This document shows positions 49,617 through 61,782 of a stretch of 64,000 bases of DNA, piece by piece. Under the pieces are notes generated by a model. The model searched no databases and was not told the origin of the DNA. It saw only the letters and a program-made list of their open reading frames with translations. The stretch's first letter is position 1, and every line of letters begins with the position of its first letter. The position numbers and the translations under genes are program-made. Where the stretch lies: NCBI GenBank assembly GCA_025558095.1, contig JAIVFI010000032.1, forward strand, positions 124,001 to 188,000, given 5' to 3'. The DNA comes from Hyaloraphidium curvatum SAG 235-1 (taxonomy: Eukaryota; Fungi; Monoblepharomycota).

Positions 49617-50515
49617 CTACTTTGCCGGCTTTTCGGCCACAACGAAGATCATCGGTCCGTCCTCCACGCGCGAGATCTCGAGCCCCTCGCCGCGGAGCAT
49701 CGCCACCACCGACGCGCTATCGATGCGGATCTTGGGGTAGAATGACTTGGCGAGAGTCCAGGATCCGGCGGGATCCTTTACGTAAACCAGATCGTGCACG
49801 AGCACCTTGCCGCCGACCCTGTCTTCTCCCTCGGGCGTTTCCAGGAACACGGTGAAGATGCGATTGTCCTCGCTGCGGACCGGAATGAACCGGTCCAGGC
49901 CCTCGAGCTTCTTCAGGTGACGGAAGCTAAGCACAATCCTGCCGCCGGGCACGAGGTTGCTTGCAGCATCGCGCAAGAGCTTCGCGGCCTCGTCCATCGA
50001 AGTGCAGTGGGTCAACGTGTCGCCCATACAGACGAAGAGCGCAATCTTGGCGTCCGGCCCGCCGGGAAGGAACGAACGGAATTGGAGCATGTCGCCGTCG
50101 ACAGCTTTGATCCGGTCGGCCAGCCCCACGCGCGCAGCGTTGGCCTCCAGGGCATCCAAGAGCCTGCGGCTAGTGTCCACGGCAATCACGTCGAATCCCA
50201 GCTTGGCCAGGGCAAGGGACTGATAGCCCGAGCCGCACCCGGCGTCAACTGCGATGCGGGAGGCACTCGGGGAAGCCTCGAAAATGCCAAGCGAGCGTAG
50301 CTTCTCAACCGTGTCGCCGACCCTCGTGTCGAATAGCTCCGGCGTTCCAGCACCTGTCATCCAATCGTAGTGGGCCGAGAGGACCTTCTCTGCGACGGGG
50401 TTTCGCGAAAGAGTTGGGAGGCATTGTCGACCACGGGGAGTCGGCACTCAGACACGGAAAGCGGCGGCCGCAAAAGCGTGCTATGCTGACCGTAGTGTTC
50501 CTCCTGCGTCGGCAT
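49617..50515 (-). CDS. Class I SAM-dependent methyltransferase
   Basis: Motif I AVDAGCGSG, then VIAVDTS, GDML, CMGDTLTH and LVPGGRIVLSFR. Micro-exon MPTQEEHY (50491-50515) is joined by intron 50390-50490. Confidence 0.88.
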
Positions 50516-50707
50516 CTTCGCTTGCAGCGACGTGTCTGCATGCAATGGACGCAGGTGATGCTGTTCCACTCTGTTTGCGCGCGACGCCAATAAACAAGGT
50601 CCCCAAGTCCTCACCGGGATCGACGCTGGAACTCCGCAGCCGCACTCGCAGCCAAACGTCATGGTGAGCCTCGTCCAGCTCGCTATAGTGCAGGAAGCCA
50701 TATCGCT

Positions 50708-51394
50708 TTGTTTCTCCAGGGTTCGGCCAACAGCCGCCATCGACGATCGGAGAAGTTGGCGACGCAGCGAGGCAAGGTCCGCCCGGAGAGCCCACACGGG
50801 AAGCGCCAGCGTCGGCCCTCGGGAGCGGACGCAGTTGTCAAGACGGCACCGCTGGCTTCAGGCGAGGGCGATGGAGACAGCAGGACGTCTGCTGCGGGTG
50901 CTGGAGCCGGGGCCGCCAACGCAGTGAGGACCGGCAGGGCGAGGTCGCAGTCCGCCGGGTCGTCCGTCAACGGACTCCTGGGGCTCTACGGAGGAACGGA
51001 CTCGCGCAGGGAGTCGACTGACGGCGAGGACGCGGGCACGGATGGGCGCTCCGGTCCGGTCGGGTTCCCGAGGACGGCGACGGGCGAGCCTCTGCTGCAA
51101 GCCGGCACCAGGGCGCTCATGGGGCCGGCGGCGAATGGAGACCACCCTCCCAACCTAGCTTCCGTGTCGAAGCTCGCCCCGCGCATCGAGCTGCCCCTCG
51201 GCCACATCCATGCCTTCGCGACGCTCAAGAACGAAAGCAAGCTGCGGCGTGTCATCGACACCGTGGTGAACAGGCAAGGCTCTTTCAGCCTCGTTGCCGC
51301 CACCTTTCTCCACAAGGAGGAGCAGTCCCGAGGGCTTGCCGAGAGGACCCCTGAGCCAGCATACGTGTCACCGGTGGATCCCTACCGAGTTTGA
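50708..51394 (+). CDS. Hypothetical protein (true start uncertain)
   Basis: 228-codon frame with coding-like codon use and a structured-looking C-terminal part. Confidence 0.4.
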   Translation: MFLQGSANSRHRRSEKLATQRGKVRPESPHGKRQRRPSGADAVVKTAPLASGEGDGDSRTSAAGAGAGAANAVRTGRARSQSAGSSVNGLLGLYGGTDSRRESTDGEDAGTDGRSGPVGFPRTATGEPLLQAGTRALMGPAANGDHPPNLASVSKLAPRIELPLGHIHAFATLKNESKLRRVIDTVVNRQGSFSLVAATFLHKEEQSRGLAERTPEPAYVSPVDPYRV

Positions 51395-51703
51395 GTCTCG
51401 AACGGTCACCGAACACCGTGCTGCAGCCTTGACTGAGTTTGACGGACCCCAGTGACTGTAGGGAGGACGAAACTTTGAGGTTCCGAGGGTTCAGGGTGGA
51501 TGGAGGGTGTCGTAGATGGATTGCCTAGTTAGGACTCATGCCGCTGTTCACCGTTGTTGTTCAAAGGATCATCCAGTAATCTTTTGTCCTTCGATGTCAA
51601 CGGGCGACGACCGTGAGTGTGCTGAAGGGCGTGAGCGCAAGGGCCATCACAGGGCCTCGACCAGAGGGCTGCGCGTCCCTCAACACCCGTGTCGCCCATC
51701 ACG

Positions 51704-53019
51704 ATGGCGGGGCTCCAGGTCGAGGGCTACGCGCCGGTTGGCGACAACCAGCTCTACTTCCGGCTGACGGGCAATCCGGCCGGCGAGCTGCTCGTCTTCT
51801 GCCACGCCCTCTTCCGTGGGTCTCATCATCGCACGCTACACCGGCCCCCTGAACCCTGAAATCCCGCAGTTTCGGGCGATCAGTTCGCGCCGCAGGTCGC
51901 AGAGTTCTCGCCGCGGGTGGGACTGTTGGCGTCGTCCATTTCAGGCGTCTGACTCGCCCTCTCCTTTCTGTCCCCCGCGGATTCCTGCTCCTCGAACACT
52001 CCCTCATCGCATCCTTCTACTCTTCCTGCTACTCTGTCTTGCTTCGACATCCGGACACTCTCCTCAGTACCGCTGCCTCGTCTGGGACCAGCGCGGCCAT
52101 GGGAGGACCACCTCCCAGGGCAAATTCGACTTCTGGGACTCTGCGCGCGACCTGCTCGGTCTTTTGGACTATCTTGGTGTTCCGGTGGCCGAGTCCATCT
52201 TTGGCTCGTCGCAGGGTGGCATGGTCGCCATGCGCGCGGCAATCCTGGCGCCGACGCGCTTCAGGTCGCTGGTCATCTTGGGTTCCAGCGCGGACGAGGA
52301 GGACCCGGAGACGAGGGCGGTGTGGGGAAACATGAGGGACGTGTGGGTCAGCGAGGGTATCGACGGCGTGGTCCAGAAGGTCTCGTACATCGCCCTGGGG
52401 AACGACATTGGTGGGTTGCCGACCCTGATCAGAGGGAGAAGCATGTCCTCATCTTCTTACCGGGGGTAGCCGCCGACGAACGGCGCACCATGGAAGCGCG
52501 GATGGCCATGACCCCCACTCCCATCGTCGGCGGCCAGGACGTCGTTGATGCAGTGGTCAGTCGGGACAACATCACCGACCAGCTCTCGCGGATCGAGCAC
52601 ATCCCCACGCTCGTCTTCCACGGTGACCAGGACATGGCCTACCCGGTCGAAAAGGGCCAGGAGATTTTCGACCTCATGGGCAACAAGTCCGGCAAGAGCA
52701 AGATGGTGGTCGTTCCCGGGGCGCCCCACTTTCTCAACATCACCAACGCCGAAGCGTTGGTTGATCCGATCGAAAAGTTCCTCGCGGATGTAGGCTTGAC
52801 TCCTGAGGAGGCCGGGATCGACACCACCGCCGGAACCTACGACCCATCGACATTCAACATGCAGAGTGGGTTCGGTGCGTTTTATCGTTCGCCCCACCTG
52901 GTTGATCGGTGCGCCCACGAGCAGTTAAACCTACTTCGCCCTACACGTCCCCGGTCGCCTCCTTCGGCTCCGCAAGTCTTACGTCTCCGCATCAGGCGCC
53001 CGGACAGTCGCGTTGGTGA
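51704..53019 (+). CDS. Alpha/beta-fold hydrolase (enol-lactonase-like); about 5 exons
   Basis: LLVFCHAL, WDQRGHG, nucleophile elbow GSSQGG, PTLVFHGDQD and VPGAPH. Short GT-AG introns join the pieces. The last exon is inferred. Confidence 0.85.
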
Positions 53020-53190
53020 AGCAACGCCCGCCTGCACAGCGCGTGCAAGTAGGACAAACCGACAGTGCTACCTGATCCTCAAAAACTCCGTTCGTGTAGC
53101 CATTCTTCCTGTATCAAATCAAACGAGCATATCCTCAATCGCGATCGCTGCTCCCTTCCCGGCCCGCCCTCGAACCCCGGAGGACGACGC

Positions 53191-56100
53191 TCACCACGAC
53201 CCCTTGAGCCACCCCTTCCCAATCTCCTCGATCGGACACGGCAGCCTCCTCCCCTCGGCCACCTCGGCCGCAACGGCCGCCGCCCGCTCCGCCATCCACC
53301 CCGCTGACCCGAGCCGGAACAGCTCGAAGGCGTTCATCAGCCCTTCGAGCCCCCTGGCGTGTACGCGCACGGCGGCGTCGAGATCGGCGTCGAAGCGCGG
53401 GGAGGATTGGCCGTTGGGCGCGAGGAGGTACAGCGCGAGGGTACGCAAGGGCGGGCGGAAACCCGACTCGGCGGCAAAGGCGTTGGGCGTACCGCGGGCC
53501 TTGGTCTAAAGGAAAAGAAAAAGGTCGGGCAAGAGATTGGCGGGCAGGCAAGGACGGGAAACAAACCTGCTTGGCAACCAGCAGCGTCACGAGCGCCATA
53601 GCCGCCTGGAACGCCGCCACCTGCCCGAACCCCACGACAGGCAGGCTGTGCCCGTCGGCAACGAACACGTCCGACCACAGCATGTTGGTGGTGATGTTGG
53701 CCGACCTGCCCGCGGCCTCGGCCATCTTGTCCGCATGCGCGGTGCCTGACCAGCGGGCCAGCGCCTCGGGGGTCGCGTCCGAAGCAGGCGCGGCGAGCAG
53801 CACCGTTGCCGCGTTGTGCAGCAGCAGCGCATTGGCGAAAATCTCGAGGGCCGACCGCGGCAGCGACGTCACAACGGAGCGGTAGTACTCGACCGTGGAC
53901 GGCTTGGAGTGCGGCCGCTCGAAGGCCCTTGAGATACCCGGCAACGCGCGCCGGAAGAGATCCAGGTCGTCGGCAAGAGCGCGCCGCCCCGGGTCGTCGT
54001 CCGACAGGGGGTCGATCCGGTACATGCGGCACGAGACGCGGTAGTTGATGACGCGCCCGAGGAGGGAAAAGCCGCGGAGGTAAAAGTCGGGGGCGATCGA
54101 CTCGAAGTCCGAGGTGTCGAGGCTCCCCAGGTCGTGCGACGAGCTGGACCCGTTCTGCGAGTTGGGCGAGCGCGGCGACGCCGCATCGACAGCGTCCTTC
54201 GCCAGGTGCGGCGGGTAGATGGAGCAGTCGGCGTCGTCGATGAAAGTCCGGCGGAACTCGAGAAAGGCCAGCACCCTGTCGGTCATGTACTGCGTCCACC
54301 ACAGCCTGCGGGTGAGGTTCATCCTGTCGGCGCTCACGCTGGCCCCCGCGCCGTCCATGAACAGGATGCCCGCGCCGATGTCCACCTCGGAGGTGATGAT
54401 CCTGCTCTCCTTGATGGTCTTCTCGACCACCTCGTCGGCAACGTTGGCCCTCCCCACGGGTTCCTTGTTCATCCCCATCCGCTTGGACATGCCCACGCAC
54501 ACCCGCAGGAGCGCGTGCACCTCCTTGGCGGCCAGGGGGAACGACAGCGGGGTCCAGTTGCTCCTGTCGCCGCCTTCGTCGGCGCCCAGGGGCTCCTGCT
54601 CGCCGTTGGGGTCGGCGGCCATCATGCAGAGCACGGTGGAGAAGAGAATGACGTGCACGAGGGACGGGAGGAAGGCGGGGAGGGTGACGTGGCGCACGAT
54701 GAGGCGCTTGCACGCCGAGAGGAGGGGGACGAGCACATGCGGGCCCGGGAAGCGGCGCGCGGGCACCGAGAGGTCGACAAAGTACTCCGAAAACTCCGAA
54801 TCGGCCTGCAGGCGGCCAAAGATCCACGCACGGAGGTGCCGCGGGATGCAGGGCACGATGTCGCGGATGAAGGCGCGCTTCAGGCCCTCCTCGGTCATGG
54901 CCTCCTGCTGCAGCTGCTGGAAAATGGCCTCCTGCTGCTGCTGCTGCTGGAGCTGCAGCACCTTCTGCACGTAATCGAGCAGCGAGTCCACGTCGGGGAC
55001 GGCCTCGGGCGCCGGTTGGAGGAGCTGCCGCTGGCTGGCCCGCGGGGCCTGCAGCCGAGGGTCCGCGGCCATATTGCCGACGACGCCGTACGATGCGCCG
55101 TCGGGGACGACCGATAAACGCGCAGCGTCCGTCCGCGGGCGCGACGGGGGGTTAGCCATGAGTGGATCAGGTAGGCGGGAGGAGGCCTCGATAGTCGGAG
55201 AGACGATGAGCGGAGCAGTGGCCGAGGCGAGCGCGGCCGCAAAAGGCGCTCTCTCTCGACCATAGGCCGATGACGCCGATGAAGCCGACGCTGTCGACGA
55301 AGACAAAGAGGGTGGGAAGGTCGCTGTCGCGGCGTTGGAGGGGTGGTTGGGGAAGAAGGCACCGAGCCGCTGAAGCGCGATCGCGGGGGTCATGGCCGGC
55401 TGCTTCCTGCCCTCGTACGACGCCGAGCTGTTTGTCGAGAAAGAACGGTCGGCCAAATCGAAGCCGGGGAACGGGAACGAGCCCGGCTGCGAGGGCGGCA
55501 GCGGCGGCCCGAGCCAGGGGGCCTGCATCGACGGCGACTGCTGCCGGCCCGCCTGTTGGGGCGGCGACGGCCGGCGCGGGGGCTCCTGCGGCGGCGACTG
55601 CTGACGTGCCTGCTTGGCAGGCTTTGCTGCAGCTTGCTTCTTCTTCTTCGGCGGCTGCGGATCGTCCGGCGAGCGCTGCGGCGGGGCGAACGGCACGCCG
55701 TCGGATGCCAATGCCTGGCGCACGGCCGTCGCGGTGCCGTCTTTCACGAGCTCATGCCACGGCGAATCGCGCACCAACTTCTTGCGGTTGACATCGTAGA
55801 TGCACTCGCTGGATATTGGAGAGAGTTTAGGGGGTGCGAAGAAGGGTGCGAAGTGCCACCCACCCGTTGCGCGCCCTGCAGGTGCCGCACACGGGCGTCT
55901 GGCCGTCGCACTTGCGCCGCCGCTTCGTGCAGAAGTTGCAGGCGCGCCGCAGCGGCGGGCCCTCGCCACGTGCGACCAGCTCGGCGGCCTTTGCGGCCTG
56001 CGGTGCGCGTGCCCCTTTGCCCCCCGCGCCGCCTCCGGCCCGCCCGCCGCCGGCCGCCGGCCGCCCGCCATCTGAGAGCTGCGCGCGCTGCGGCTCCGGC

Positions 56101-56255
56101 GGGGCGTAGTCGTAGTTGTCGCCGCGCGGGTCCGGGAAGCTGCCGAAGTCGTCCCCGTCGCCATCGTACAGCGGGCCGTTTGCCGACGCCAGAATCGCGT
56201 CCAGATCAAATGCGAGCGGTTCTTCAGCCCACGCCGAGCCTCCGGAGTCGCCCAT
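53191..56255 (-). CDS. Zn(II)2Cys6 transcription factor with a fungal-TF middle homology region
   Basis: RRACNFCTKRRRKCDGQTPVCGTCRARN|.ECIY, then RRLWWTQYMTDR and a poly-Q tract. Introns near 55810-55865 and 53505-53575. Confidence 0.9.
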
Positions 56256-56349
56256 CGTGGCGCCCGCCCCCGGCGCCGAGCTCCCTGAGTGCAGGGCGCT
56301 GGGATCGTCAGCCGCCAGCGCGGGTCCGCTCCCCAGCATCCCCCCCGAA

Positions 56350-57168
56350 ATGCTTCCCCGGGTCGGTGGCAAGCCACGGGCCATCAAGAATATATACGCG
56401 TCGCTCCCCGATGCTGCAAATGTTCTCGCTGCGCACCCGCCCCGGCCTGCAAACAGCGCCCAGGCCGCCTCCTTGGACGCGTTCAACCGTTCGATCGAAC
56501 GGCTGGCGACACGCCTGGCCGCCGACCCCGGAGCCCTCCGCCCGCCACCGGAACGCCGGCGCTTCCACTTCCTGGTGATCGAGGGCCTGGACGGCTCGGG
56601 CAAGAGCTCCGCGGCCGCCGCGCTCGCGGGGCTTCTCCCACCCCCGGTTGCGGCAACCCGGACGCCGCCAAAATCGTTGGCTTCCATTCGGCCCTTGTTT
56701 GACGCCGCTGAGGAGTCGGTGCAGCGGGCATTCTACGCCGCGGGCAACTACGTGGCCGCCGAAGAGATCCTATCGTCGCTGGACGCGCCCAACCCTCCCC
56801 GGACCGTCCTCTGCGACCGCTATTTCAACTCGACCGTCTCATGGACCGCTGCCTCCTCCGATCTCACCGCCGCGGACCTCGCCTCGCTCTCGATCCCCTT
56901 CCCTGCGGACCTGCTCCCTCCCGACCTCGTCCTTTTCCTTGACGTGCCCCAGGCGGAGCGATTACGCCGGACCGGGAAGCGCGCGGGGGAGGAAAACATC
57001 TCGTTCGAGGCCAAGCTGGAGGACGAGGCTTTCGGGAACAGGGTGAGGGAGGCGTTCGGCCGGGTGGAGGGGGTGCCGTTCGAAGCCGTGGACGGGAACC
57101 GGACGGTGGCCGAGATCGCGGAGGATATGGCACGGAGGGTGTTGCGGGTCGGCGATTCGGCGAATTGA
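56350..57168 (+). CDS. Thymidylate-kinase-fold nucleotide kinase most similar to CMPK2 (UMP-CMP kinase 2)
   Basis: P-loop VIEGLDGSGKS, then TPP...IRPLFD...RAFYAAGNY, DRYFNST, FPADLLPPDLVLFL and ERLRR. Confidence 0.85.
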   Translation: MLPRVGGKPRAIKNIYASLPDAANVLAAHPPRPANSAQAASLDAFNRSIERLATRLAADPGALRPPPERRRFHFLVIEGLDGSGKSSAAAALAGLLPPPVAATRTPPKSLASIRPLFDAAEESVQRAFYAAGNYVAAEEILSSLDAPNPPRTVLCDRYFNSTVSWTAASSDLTAADLASLSIPFPADLLPPDLVLFLDVPQAERLRRTGKRAGEENISFEAKLEDEAFGNRVREAFGRVEGVPFEAVDGNRTVAEIAEDMARRVLRVGDSAN

Positions 57169-57254
57169 GGTGTACCCGGGATCGCGGACGCGAATCGGAG
57201 CCACAGGTAAACAACCGCTCGGCGCGCCGCTGGCGTTCCCCCCTCTTTCCCGCC

Positions 57255-58833
57255 ATGCTCCCCCTCCTCCGGCCCCGACTACTCCTCCGACGCGCGCTCT
57301 CCCGCGCGCACTCCACCCTGCCCCTCACCATCGCCGAATCCCTGCTCCTCTCGCCCTCGCCCGCCCCAATCTCGGTCCAAGGCTGGGCTCGCTCCCTCCG
57401 CGCGCAGAAGTCCGTGTCCTTCCTGGAGCTCTCCGACGGCTCCTCCCTCGCGGCGCTGCAGTGCGTTCTGCCCGGGAGCGCGCACGTGCCGACGGGAGCG
57501 AGCGTGCGGGTGACGGGGAGGGTGGTGGAGAGCCGGGGGAGGGGGCAGGGGGTGGAGCTCAAGGCGGAGGGGTGGGAGATCCTCGGGGACTGCGATGCGG
57601 CGGTGGGTCGGTGTGCTGGCGGTGTTGGGGTGTCTTCTGACGGGGAATCGGAAGGTGTATCCGCTGGCAAAGGCAAAGATGGGGGCGGACCACCTGCGGG
57701 AGCACATGCACCTGCGGACGAGGACGCGGACGTTTGCTGCGGCGTGGAGGTTCCGAGATGCGGTGGTCAGAGCGATCCACCGCTACTTTGAGGTGGGCTG
57801 CCTCGTTGCGGTGCTTCCTAAGGCCGCGTTGCTGACGCTCGACGGACAGGACAACGGCTTCGTCCACATCCACGCCCCGCTTATCACCTCCCTCGACTGC
57901 GAAGGCGGTGGCGAGGTCTTTTCCGTCTCGCGGCCCCCCGCCCCTGGCCAGCCCCCGGACTTTTTCGGCGCCCCAGCGTACCTGACCGTCTCGGCGCAGC
58001 TGCATCTCGAGATGGCCTGCTGCGGCTCCCTGCCGCGGGTGTACGCACTGGGACCGGCGTTCAGGGCCGAACCGGCGCATACGGCGCGGCATCTGGCCGA
58101 ATTTTGGATGCTCGAGGCCGAGGTGGCCTTTGTTCGGGGCCTGGAGGATGTTTGCGTCGTGGCAGAGGGGGCGACGAGGGCGGCGGCGGCCGGCGCGCTG
58201 GAGCGGTGCTCGGGAGAACTGGAACATTTCGAGAGGATGGCGGAGGAGGGGAGTGGGAGCGGCAAAGGGTGGCTGACGGAGCTGGTACGGGGCCTTGCTG
58301 AGGGCCCTTACGCGCGGATGAGCTACACCGACGCCGTTGAGGTGCTCCGCGCGAGCGGACGGGACTTTTTTTTCCCCGTGGAGTGGGGCCGGGCGCTGCA
58401 GACGGAGCACGAAAAGTTCTTGGCCGAGGAGGTCTGCCGCGGTCCCGTTTTCGTGACAGACTACCCGATCGGCGTCAAGCCGTTCTATATGCGGGCCAAC
58501 GGGGACGCCGACGTCGCCGGCGCTACGGACGCCGAGCTGCTCGCGGGCAGGGTGACGGTGGCCTGCACGGACCTGCTGCTGCCGCGGATCGGCGAGCTTG
58601 TGGGGGGCAGCGTGCGCGAGGAGCGCGCGGATCGGCTCGAGCCGCGGATGCGGGCGGCAGGGCTTCTGGAGGGGGGCCAATACGATTGGTACCTGGACCT
58701 GCGGCGCTTCGGGACGGTGCCGCACGGCGGATTCGGGCTCGGCCTCGAGAGGCTCCTCATGTACCTGACCGGGACGCGGACGGCGCGGGATGTGGTACTC
58801 GCGCCGCGGTATGCGGGCAGCTGCAGGTACTAG
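57255..58833 (+). CDS. Asparaginyl-tRNA synthetase, mitochondrial; 3 exons
   Basis: Presequence, OB-fold GWARSLR..K...FLELSDGS, YLTVSAQLHLE, FRAE..HT.RHLAEFWMLEAE, KPFYM, and WYLDLRRFGTVPHGGFGLGLER. Confidence 0.93.
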
Positions 58834-59355
58834 ATGATGGATTGAGTCCGGTGCGGCGGAGATCGATTGCCTGCGGCGGTCCCTCGATCCCCTGAGGGGA
58901 CGGGAAAAGAAGAGGGAGGGGGGGCGTGATGAAGCGGGCCGCACGCACAGCCGCCCGCGCTTCTCGAGCTCCAGATTCCGGCCTGAAAAAAGGCAACCAC
59001 CCGGCCAGGACGCCGAGCCGAGACGGCCCGCACCGCGCACGAGAGTCTTCCGCTACCGAACAACGCGGGCGGCGGGCGGCAGCGGCGGGGCGCGGCAGTT
59101 GAGCGAGGGATTCGGAAGGTGAGCTGCGCAAGCGGGATGGCCGGGCGGCGCGGGTGCGGCCGAGGGCGGGCCGGCACCGCGGATTCGGGCGGAATCCGAC
59201 TGATCGCGGCCGGCGGCGGTTTCATGCGCGGCGTCGAGCGGTTCTGACGCTTTGCTTCCCCCCTCCCCCTCCGGCCATCCGCACGGTTGCTTTGCCACAC
59301 GCAGGGGGTCGGGCGGCGGCGGCAGGAGCGGACGGGACAAATAGGCGGCGCGCAA

Positions 59356-61554
59356 ATGATGCTGGGCGCGGTCGTGGACGGGTCCCGGGATGCGGCGGAC
59401 CCGCCGTCGATGGGGGATTCGGGCGACGGCAGCGAGGGCGCCACGGCGTTCCCCGACGACGCGCCGCTGGGCTGCAACTCCATCTCGGCGGACCAGCTGG
59501 TCGACCTTTTGCGCGGCCGTTTTTTCAACGTGCTGCTCGTGGATGCCACGGCTGAGCCGTCGGGCCAGGCGCCGGCGAGGTCCGCCATGGACGCCCCGGC
59601 ACCGGGCACCGTATCGGCGCAGCAGCCGCAGGCGCCGGATTCGTGGCTGGCATCATCCATGGACAGGTTCCACGACTATCCGCCGATCGTCGGGAGCCGC
59701 CGGTTCGCGAGCATCGCCAGGACGAGGGAGGCCGTGCGGCTGGTGCCGATGCGCAAGCTGGTCGAGACGGAGCGCCGCAGGAGCTCGGATGCGGATGCAC
59801 AGATGCCGATGGAGAGGGGCGTTCCGGATTCGGAGGTTGTAGTGCCTTCCGAGGGCGATGGGAGCGAGAGCGCGGCAAGCACCCCGTCGCGGACGAAGAA
59901 GAAAAGGGACTCGGGCGTCGATCTCAAGGAGGAAACCGAGTCTGGTGACGAGGAGACTTACGAGAACGACGACGAGGATCTGGAGGGCGTCCATATACGG
60001 CCGACTCCTGCGGATTTGGACGAAGGTATGCATTTTTTGTGGACGATTTAACCATTCTTTTTCTTATTTCCCGCTTCCCCATCCCAATCCAGACCTCTCA
60101 TCACCGAGAAGGCAAACTTCCAGGGGATCGCCGATGCAGTGCGTGGATCCCAGCGAATGGATCGTCCATCCGGAGGACCTCGAGGAGCTGGACCGGGCCG
60201 TGTACCAAGCCTCTTCCAACATCTCGGACCCGCACTGGCAGCGGCGGCTGCACGGGCTGACGGTCGTGATCGACGAGTTCGGCGCCGAGGGAGGTTTCGC
60301 GCACAGGCTCAGCGAGTCGCTGGCCCGAGAGATTGCGGACGAGTTCGACCCGAGCGCGGGCAGCCTCATTGGCCGAGACGACCGGCCAGGCGAGGAAGTC
60401 ACCTGTCCCCGCTGCTCCGAAAGGAGGCAGTTCGCCACGGAATGCATTTATGCGACCGAGGAAGACTGCAGGAAGGCGCCGCGCGACGAGGCTAGCGAGA
60501 CGGCGAGCGAGTCAGGCGACATGAGCCTGCCCCCGCCACCGCCCTCGGCCTTCCGATCCGCCGCCTCGTTCAGCATCGCGCAGTTCACCGCGGGACACCC
60601 CCTCACTCTGTACCTCTCTGGCGGCCTGCGCAACTTCAGGAAGCTCTACCCGCAGCTGTGCCTCGACTACCCCTGCCCGCGCATGGACGCCATCCGCAAC
60701 CACCAGGACCAGCTCGTCGACGCCGTGTGGTACGGCCGCATGCCGGGCGGGCACAGCAACGACCACCCGGTCGAGATTGTGCCGCACCTGTACCTCGGCT
60801 CCGCGCACGCGGCGCTGCCAGAGCACGTGGGGGGCTACTCGATCGGCATGGTCATCCGCCTGGGCGCCTTTTCGGCCGGCTCCAAGGTCGACGGCATCGA
60901 CTACATCGATCTGGAGATCGACGACGCCGTCGGAGTGCACATTGGAGGGCTGTTCGACAGTGTCTGCGAGATCATCGCAAACAGGGTATCTCGCGGAATC
61001 AACGGTGGGCAGAATGAACCAGCTACCTCTTGCACGTTGCTCACCGACCTTTTCCTTCAGTCCTCGTGCACTGCCATGCCGGTGTTTCGCGATCGGCGAC
61101 CATCGTCCTCGCCTACCTCCTCATGCAGTCGTCGGGCCGCTACGGCATCGGTCCCGTCTGCGAATGCCACCCCGAATCCGACCATGCCATCTTCAGGAGC
61201 CTGCGCTCTGCCTTTTACTACGTCTTTGTGCGGCGGCCGATCGTCAGGCCCAATGAGGGCTTCTGCAAGCAGCTCCAGTCCCTCGAGATGGCCCTCTTCG
61301 GCACGGGCGAGACGACGATGCCGCGCTGGTGGATGTTTGCGAGCTACCTCTACGGCACGGACTGGATCGAGTTCCAGCTGAGGATCGAGGAGGCGATGGA
61401 GGCGGAGCGGAGGATGCTCGACGGGTACGAATCCGGGAGCGACGGAACTTCGGTGGACTACCACATCTACGATTCCCACGCCGAGATGGACGGTCTCATC
61501 ACCCTGCGCAAACTGGAAGATGCAATCATGACGGACATTGACGAAGTTCGATAG
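59356..61554 (+). CDS. Dual-specificity protein phosphatase with a split rhodanese-like N-terminal region (MAPK-phosphatase-like); 3 exons
   Basis: EIVPHLYLGS, VLVHCHAGVSRSATIVLAYL and RRPIVRPNEGFCKQL. Rhodanese-like pieces ISADQLVDLL...VLLVD and YLSGGLRNFRKLYPQLC. Confidence 0.88.
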
Positions 61555-61782
61555 CACGCAAAGTTTCTAAACCTTGGACTGTAGTGTACTCTGGACAACC
61601 CCACATGGCTCGGAATTGAGGAACGATTTGGCAATACCAAGAAAATTGTACAGTACGGCGGCGTGTATGGCTCTGCCCAAGGAGTGGCGATCCAACTTGG
61701 CCCACTCGGGCCCCAAGGACATCGCAAGGAATGACATCGCGAGGAATTTAGACCAGTGTATTATCGAGGAAAACGAAGCTGG

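Noticed and set aside
53135-56687. Extended N-termini making the Zn-cluster and kinase genes overlap
   Set aside because: The upstream in-frame extensions are antisense shadows of each other. Non-overlapping ATGs at 56255 and 56350 explain both proteins.
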